Below are positions 58,156 to 64,000 of a stretch of 64,000 bases of DNA, piece by piece (the first letter of the stretch is position 1; each line of letters begins with the position of its first letter). The DNA is taken from positions 43,837 to 107,836 of the forward strand of contig DOZJ01000006.1 of the NCBI GenBank assembly GCA_003518055.1, in the 5' to 3' direction. The notes beneath the pieces were generated by a model. The model saw only the letters and a program-made list of their open reading frames with translations. It ran no database searches and was not told the DNA's origin. The DNA is from Candidatus Falkowbacteria bacterium. GTDB lineage: Bacteria; Patescibacteriota; Patescibacteriia; UBA11705. Position numbers and translations under genes: made by a program.

Positions 58156-58225
58156 TTTTAAAAAATGAAAAAAGACTGTAGGTTTACAGTCTTCGGTTTG
58201 GGCCCTGAGGCGGGCGTTGAGGTCG

Positions 58226-61200
58226 CTAATAATTCATTACCGCTAGGAATGGTGTCGCGTGGACGTATTTCGTACCCTGATGGGACGCGAATGGACCGCG
58301 CGCGGTTTCACAGAAAAATTCAGGTTGATTATCGGACGGGATCAATTCCGAGTCGGGTTTGACGACATAAATAGTATTGCTGCCATTGCGGCACTGCCAC
58401 TCGAGGCCGCGCGGTGTATTGACCGGTCTGAATTGAAGTTTTTTGGCCGTGCCTTTGTCGACGCGGCGTTCAGCTTGGGTTTTGTCTTTCAAATAGGCCG
58501 CGATTTCCGCCGCGTGTTCATAGCGATACAGCTCTTCGGCGGTTGGTGGTGCGAACTCTTCAATTTCGATGTCATCCAATTGATTACTGTCAGTAAGCGT
58601 GGCCGTTCCGGGAGTGTGTAATTGGATTTTGATGGTTGAACCGGTGCAGTCGGCTACGAGTTCAGCCACCATGTGACCATTGAGCGTAGAATACAGAATT
58701 ACCACATGGTCCTGCTGCTTGGCGCGGTACTGGGCCGTGAATTTTTCGTCTTCGCAAGCGCAGGGTGTGAGTCCATTCTGGGCTTTGGTCAAATCGATTT
58801 CATGATTACAAACCGGACAGAGCGTGTACCAGTCGTGAAGGTGTCGAGCCAGCAGTTGACGATGAGTTTCTTCGCGTTTCTTAGCGGTTTTTTTCGCTTC
58901 GGCGATTCGTCTCAGACGATTGATGGTGGCTGCGGCCGAATCAAGTTCACGAAGAACAAACCAACGGGAGGCGGCATCCAGAAATTCGTCCAGTGGTCTA
59001 AAGGCGTATTGTTCCAGGCGGCGAAAATCGTCCTGATCTTTGAATTGGTCGAGATAAGCACCCAGAAGCGTGATAATTTCCGGCGTCAACATTTCTTTGA
59101 GCCGCCGCTGCTTATTTTCAATCTCGGCGCGTTCTCGGGCATATTCTTCGGCGCGGCGCACGCGGTCAGCTTCCTGCCGCGCTTGCACAACTTCAAGCGC
59201 CGGTCCGAGTTGACGCTGAGTTTCCGCTGCACAACCCAAGATCAGTCGCTGGTTGTGGTCGGTCTTGAGAGGGGAATAGATTTTATCACCGAACAATTGA
59301 TTATAGACAGTCTGGTAAATTATGTCAGCTCTTCGTTCATTGGTCCAGTTAAAACGATCCACGCTATCCAACTGAGATGTGATCCAAGCGATGAGCGCTC
59401 GACGGCAAACTGTATTGAGCATCAAGCGTTCTTCGAGTGACAAATATGAAGCAGCGTCTGCAAGAGACAGCGTGTCATCTTCAAGACCGATGGAGATCAC
59501 GCCATTGAAACGGTATTTGACCATAATCGCAAAGTCATGAGTACTGAGATTGACCTCGAGATTAGCCAGATTAATTTGCGGCCGAATCAGATGCGGTGCG
59601 ACTTCTTCGATCCATTCGAGCTTGAATGGCGCCACATGGTCCATGTAGGTTCGCTGTTCGCCATAGACTTCTTTGCCTTTTTTACCGATTCCGGCAGCGA
59701 TCACATATTGGGTGTTGGTTCGGTACATGACCGATCCGCGGTGGATGTGAACGGTACCGGCGGCCGGATGAAGATATTCGCTTCGACCGGTGCTTTTCAT
59801 GGCGTTGTGGGCGAAGGCGGCCAACACGCACTTGTGGATGGCTGTAGCGTCCGGATTGGAGATCACGCTGTCGCTATCAGCCGGCGGTTCAACTTCAATG
59901 CCAATGTCGCGCAGCAAGTCACAGATTTGGTCGGAAATCATATCCACTTCAACCAGCGCGCGATGAAGCAGGAAATGGTTGAAACACCAATTCTTTTGGC
60001 TGACTTCGTCAGGTTCGAGGTCCCACAACCGAAAGATTTTGAGATACGACATGTAGTCAGATTGGCGATCCCGAACCAAATCCCAGGCTCGTTCCGCTTC
60101 TTCCCGATTTTCGTCTTTAGCGTAGATATAGACACTACGATTGGTCGAGAGAAAGGCCGCGAGAATGGTGGCTTCCATCAAACAATTGTACTTTTGAGCT
60201 GTCAGGACCAGTTTGGCAATGCGCGGATCAAGCGGCAAAGCCGCCATTTGAGCGCCGAGTGGCGTCAGATGGCGTTCCTTGTCGATGGCGCCAAGCTCAA
60301 ATAGTAGTTCGAGGGTGTCGCGCACGCGGTTAAAGTCCGGCGGATCCAAGAAGGGGAAATGTTCGATATCGCCTTCACCGATGGCGATCAGATGCAGTAG
60401 GGTGTTTTCAATCGGCGTCCGGTGGATTTCCGGTTCAGTGTATTTGGGCCGAGATTTGAAACTGCTTTCAGTGAATAGCCGATAGCACTCACCCGGGGCG
60501 GTTCGTCCGGCCCGGCCGGCTCGCTGATCGCACCCGGCCTGCGAGTGTTCGACCACTTTGAGGGCGGCAACCTGATGACCGTTCCAGGTGTTTTCCAACT
60601 CTTCTTGTTTGACTAAGCCGGAATCGATGATCACCGTCAAGCCATCGGGCGTGACCGAGGTCTCGGCTACGTTGGTGGCGATAATGATTTTTCGGGCTGA
60701 GCATGGTTCGAGCGCTTCGTTCTGCTTCTCAACCGGGAGGTTGCCATGCATGTGAAAAATACGAATGTTTGGAATTCTTAGCTCGGTAATGCCGGCCTCT
60801 ACCCAATTGATTTCTTTGACTCCGGGAACAAAGATGAGAATATCACCTTCCCGGCTGCTGTCGCAGACATACTGAACACGGCGGACAATGACATCGATGT
60901 ATTCGGGTGGTCTGGATTCCCAGCGTCCGTCTACTCGGTGTTCGACCGGTTCGGTATTATAGTTGGTCGGACTGTAATGAATTTTGACCGGGAAATTGAA
61001 GCCTTCGACTTCGACGATGGGCGCGCCACCGAAAAAGGTTGAAAACTTGTTGGCGTCGATTGTCGCCGAAGCCACAACCACCTTCAAAGTCGGATCTTGA
61101 TCGAGTACTTTTTTTAAACAACCAAGCAACAGGTCGGAATCGAGCGAGCGCTCGTGAGCTTCGTCCACAAAGATGATTTGATAACGGCGCAGCTGAGGGT

Positions 61201-61534
61201 CTTCGAGCATCTCACGCAGCATGATGCCCGTGGTCATATAAACGATATTATCATCGTCGCGGCGATCGACAACATGGCGAATCTGAAAACCGAAGTTGGT
61301 TGAGTGGCCGAATTGCTGGCGAACGAATTTAGTTGCGCTAGTCACGGCCACGCGGCGCGGTTCGGTGACTGCGATTTGACCACGAGGCGCGAGACCGGCT
61401 TCATGCAGCATTTTGGGGCCGAGGATGGTTTTGCCGGATCCGGTTTTGCCGACGAGAATGGTTACTTGATTATTTCGGACGGTGGATACAAAGCGTTCTC
61501 GGGCCGCAACCATAGGTAGCGTGTTGAGATTCAT
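58226..61534 (-). CDS. HrpA-like DEAH-box RNA helicase with an unusual C-terminal extension
   Basis: GKTGSGKT, PRRVA, DEAH, SAT, TNVAETS, QRAGRAGR and HA2 region; GGAAGGAG SD and TTGACA-17-TATAAT (61633-61605) support start 61534. Confidence 0.92.
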   Translation of the reverse strand: MNLNTLPMVAARERFVSTVRNNQVTILVGKTGSGKTILGPKMLHEAGLAPRGQIAVTEPRRVAVTSATKFVRQQFGHSTNFGFQIRHVVDRRDDDNIVYMTTGIMLREMLEDPQLRRYQIIFVDEAHERSLDSDLLLGCLKKVLDQDPTLKVVVASATIDANKFSTFFGGAPIVEVEGFNFPVKIHYSPTNYNTEPVEHRVDGRWESRPPEYIDVIVRRVQYVCDSSREGDILIFVPGVKEINWVEAGITELRIPNIRIFHMHGNLPVEKQNEALEPCSARKIIIATNVAETSVTPDGLTVIIDSGLVKQEELENTWNGHQVAALKVVEHSQAGCDQRAGRAGRTAPGECYRLFTESSFKSRPKYTEPEIHRTPIENTLLHLIAIGEGDIEHFPFLDPPDFNRVRDTLELLFELGAIDKERHLTPLGAQMAALPLDPRIAKLVLTAQKYNCLMEATILAAFLSTNRSVYIYAKDENREEAERAWDLVRDRQSDYMSYLKIFRLWDLEPDEVSQKNWCFNHFLLHRALVEVDMISDQICDLLRDIGIEVEPPADSDSVISNPDATAIHKCVLAAFAHNAMKSTGRSEYLHPAAGTVHIHRGSVMYRTNTQYVIAAGIGKKGKEVYGEQRTYMDHVAPFKLEWIEEVAPHLIRPQINLANLEVNLSTHDFAIMVKYRFNGVISIGLEDDTLSLADAASYLSLEERLMLNTVCRRALIAWITSQLDSVDRFNWTNERRADIIYQTVYNQLFGDKIYSPLKTDHNQRLILGCAAETQRQLGPALEVVQARQEADRVRRAEEYARERAEIENKQRRLKEMLTPEIITLLGAYLDQFKDQDDFRRLEQYAFRPLDEFLDAASRWFVLRELDSAAATINRLRRIAEAKKTAKKREETHRQLLARHLHDWYTLCPVCNHEIDLTKAQNGLTPCACEDEKFTAQYRAKQQDHVVILYSTLNGHMVAELVADCTGSTIKIQLHTPGTATLTDSNQLDDIEIEEFAPPTAEELYRYEHAAEIAAYLKDKTQAERRVDKGTAKKLQFRPVNTPRGLEWQCRNGSNTIYVVKPDSELIPSDNQPEFFCETARGPFASHQGTKYVHATPFLAVMNY

Positions 61535-61859
61535 GAGAACTCCTTCCATTTTTTGTATGTCAAAGGGCTGATGCCCGGTTTGGGTATGCTATGGGCAACG
61601 TACAATTATAGCACGGAAAGATAAAATTGTCAATATTTGTTCTAGTTTTACTTAAATTTTACTATTAACAGGTTTTATTGACTTATTTTACGAAGTTAAG
61701 TATAATCTGGGCAGGCGTTTTGAAAAAGATAGTGAGAGAGAATTGAGAGATTGAGAGAATTGAGAGATTGAGAGAAGTAAGAGAATTGATACGGCTGTTC
61801 GTGAACGGCGGGATGGATTCTAGCGTTTCTCATGACTCAAATTTCGAGTTTTGGATTTA

Positions 61860-61911
61860 TGCGCCATAGGACGCATCCCTGCCTACCGGCAGGCAGGTGT
61901 CCTTTGGCAGA
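61860..61911 (+). repeat. CGCCA.AGGACG double hairpin interrupted by the 20-bp palindrome (61878-61897)
   Basis: Uninterrupted counterpart at 18691-18724. Confidence 0.8.
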
Positions 61912-61929
61912 GAATTTAAAATTTAATGT

Positions 61930-62006
61930 GGATCGGTGGTGTAGTTGGTTAACACACCTCCCTGTCACGGAGGAGATCACGGGTTCGAGTCCCGTCCGGT
62001 CCGCCA
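61930..62006 (+). tRNA. tRNA-Asp (GTC)
   Basis: Full cloverleaf: acceptor GGATCGG/CCGGTCC, anticodon loop CTGTCAC, TTCGAGT T-loop, encoded CCA. Confidence 0.97.
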
Positions 62007-62105
62007 GCCTACGCTCTTACTGCGTAGAGCTTCGGCTGGCGAGCCAAAGTTAGCGATTCATTTTACTTTGTAGAGCTTCGTCTGCCTGCCGGCAGGCAGG
62101 GTTGG
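62007..62105 (+). repeat. hairpin mini-elements downstream of the tRNA, including the palindrome at 62081-62100
   Basis: gcctacgctcttactgcgtagagcttcggc is the unfilled form of the 35766 composite. Confidence 0.75.
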
Positions 62106-62304
62106 AAAGTCACCTAGAGATGGGTGTTTTTTTGTTTTAAGTAAAAATTAATTTACATTTTTTGTGATTGGTCATTGTTTATTTGTTATTAGTTATCTTA
62201 TGCACAAAGGGACTAAAATTAGTTTTGCGCCAAGCGGATAAAAATGTTATAATTTAGAAGAATAAAATTACATATATTAAATCAAAGAATAAATTCCTAA
62301 TATT

Positions 62305-64000
62305 ATGGCGTTAGCAGAACAATTTTCACAACCAACTCCAATCAAAAAAGATCGGCCCAAGCTTGAAGCGGTGCCGGTTGGAGAAAAATCAGCAAAAAAG
62401 ATTGAATTGTTTCAGGAAGAACCGGGCATGGCGCGTAAATTTAAGGAATTATTGGAGCGGAAAAAACAGGCAATCCAAAATATTATTGATCAATATTTGA
62501 AAAAATTGGATACTGGCGCCAAGGCGACAGAATTTTCTGATTTGATCAATTCATTACCAGTGTCGGTCAGACGACAGATGAAAGTAGATGGGATGCTTGA
62601 ACTGATGCTCAATCCCAAGAAGAATACGGCTGAAGTCAAAGAGCATTTGGAGCTGCATGGCGCAGATATGATTAGAAGATTTGACAAGCAAGCAGGGGAT
62701 CAGAGGACGATGCTTCATCGGGAGTTGGTGGATGAAGCTCGTAAAACTTCTCGAGAAGATCGTGAATCGAAAATCAATAAATACCGCGACGATTTGGCTC
62801 GAGTGCGAGAAAAAATCACGGCCCTCAGAGAAGCGGCGGATCAAAAGAAAACGGTTGTTAAGGAACAAGCAGGTCGAGAAGAAGACGCAGCGCTTGCAGC
62901 GGTGAGTGAAAGTGCGGATGAATATCGGCGAAAAAAAGATCAAGCTGATTCTGCGGAAGCAGACCAGCTGATAGAACAAGTTGGAGCAACAACCGATCGG
63001 CAGCGAGAACGGGCGGCGGCGTTTGAGAAAAAGCTGGACAAAGTCAAAGATTTTTCCGGTTTGTACAAGATGATCGCGAAGGAATTCAAGGCGATGACTC
63101 GAACTGAAATTGTTGACGGCAAGAAAAAGAAAATCAAAGAAATCGTGGTCGGTACCAATAAATATGATTTGGGCGAAATTAAACAGATTTTAGACGCGTT
63201 TTCCAAGCATAAGGATTTTACCCCCAAGACACCGCTTTTGGCATTTTTGCCGTATGAAGGGGGAATTGCCAATAAAGCTAAGGAATTATTGCTCGATAGA
63301 CAATTAAAAGGCATTTCGCGCACCGAATTGGAAGATATCCGCTATCGAATGGAAGGCAAGGGTGAAGCTTTTGATAAGGCGTATGACAAGCGCGGGGAAT
63401 TAGCGGCCGATAAAACAAAAGCAGAAATCGAGGCGGCGGGACTGGACGACGCGGGCGAAGGTAATATTGAGGCGGAAAAGCAGGAAAGGGTCTATAAAAC
63501 GCAAAAGAAAGCGGAACAAGTTGAAACCAAAAAAATGAAAAAATTGGCTAACACAGACATGCCAGATTATGAAAATGATATTTACGAGTTGATGAAGGTG
63601 GAAGGATCGTCGGAGCAGGAAGCCATGCAGCGGGTAGCTGGACTACATGGACTGAAATACAAGGAGTTGAAAAAAATAATGAAAGGCAAAGATTTTTCTT
63701 CAATGGAAAGAAAAGGGACGAAAGCCATAGAATCCAGAGCAGAACAACGTCAGCAGTATGAACAGCGGGTTGAGGCGTTGGAAAAAATGGAAAATCGGAT
63801 TGTCAGTGGCCAAGGATTTTTGACGGAAAAAGAACAAACTGTGCTTGAAGACAAGGGTTTTGAGGCTTTTGCCGGAATGCATAAAAACAAGATCAGCCGC
63901 TGGCCACTTAATCGTGAGCGCCGTGTGTTTATGGAGCAAGTCAAACAATGGCAGAAATTAAAACGCGAAGTGGATACGTTGTGGAATCCTGATTTTGAAG
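62305..64000 (+). CDS. large charged coiled-coil hypothetical protein, truncated by the window end (absent from the ORF track)
   Basis: Starts MALAEQFSQPTP; the same frame reads KREVDTLWNPDFE at the edge; K/E-rich. Confidence 0.75.
   Translation, partial: MALAEQFSQPTPIKKDRPKLEAVPVGEKSAKKIELFQEEPGMARKFKELLERKKQAIQNIIDQYLKKLDTGAKATEFSDLINSLPVSVRRQMKVDGMLELMLNPKKNTAEVKEHLELHGADMIRRFDKQAGDQRTMLHRELVDEARKTSREDRESKINKYRDDLARVREKITALREAADQKKTVVKEQAGREEDAALAAVSESADEYRRKKDQADSAEADQLIEQVGATTDRQRERAAAFEKKLDKVKDFSGLYKMIAKEFKAMTRTEIVDGKKKKIKEIVVGTNKYDLGEIKQILDAFSKHKDFTPKTPLLAFLPYEGGIANKAKELLLDRQLKGISRTELEDIRYRMEGKGEAFDKAYDKRGELAADKTKAEIEAAGLDDAGEGNIEAEKQERVYKTQKKAEQVETKKMKKLANTDMPDYENDIYELMKVEGSSEQEAMQRVAGLHGLKYKELKKIMKGKDFSSMERKGTKAIESRAEQRQQYEQRVEALEKMENRIVSGQGFLTEKEQTVLEDKGFEAFAGMHKNKISRWPLNRERRVFMEQVKQWQKLKREVDTLWNPDFE

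Noticed and set aside
58673-60304. Two 255-aa + strand ORFs
   Set aside because: Antisense shadows of the helicase gene with no recognisable motifs.

Overview
Chromosomal window from a small-genome bacterium, standard genetic code, most likely CPR/Patescibacteria. This is inferred from gene content and style: housekeeping genes without Shine-Dalgarno (SD) motifs, a giant surface protein and many orphans. Housekeeping content: miaA, a MacAB-like ABC exporter with an AbrB regulator, gatB, a nine-gene pyrimidine deoxynucleotide cluster, secE-nusG-rplK-rplA, gyrB, rodA, rplY, rpmE-prfA-prmC, lgt, a HrpA-like helicase and tRNA-Asp. Main discoveries: (1) a complete ribosome-dependent attenuator with a methionine-rich leader peptide (MMGMMMNM) in front of a DUF62 SAM hydrolase, whose product is L-methionine; (2) a ThyA homologue with Asp at the Asn177-equivalent specificity position, predicting dCMP rather than dUMP as substrate, clustered with DHFR, two cytosine-nucleotide deaminases, a decayed ThyX and a Tmk-Tdk fusion; (3) 20-35 bp hairpin elements ending in CAGG/CAAG, with filled and empty sites both visible, no target duplication, nesting inside each other and in-frame insertion into miaA and prmC; (4) many orphan modules with their own consensus promoter, strong SD and terminator; (5) a tyrosine recombinase with a Xer/lox-like site just upstream. 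All calls come from reading the sequence by eye; no database searches were run.
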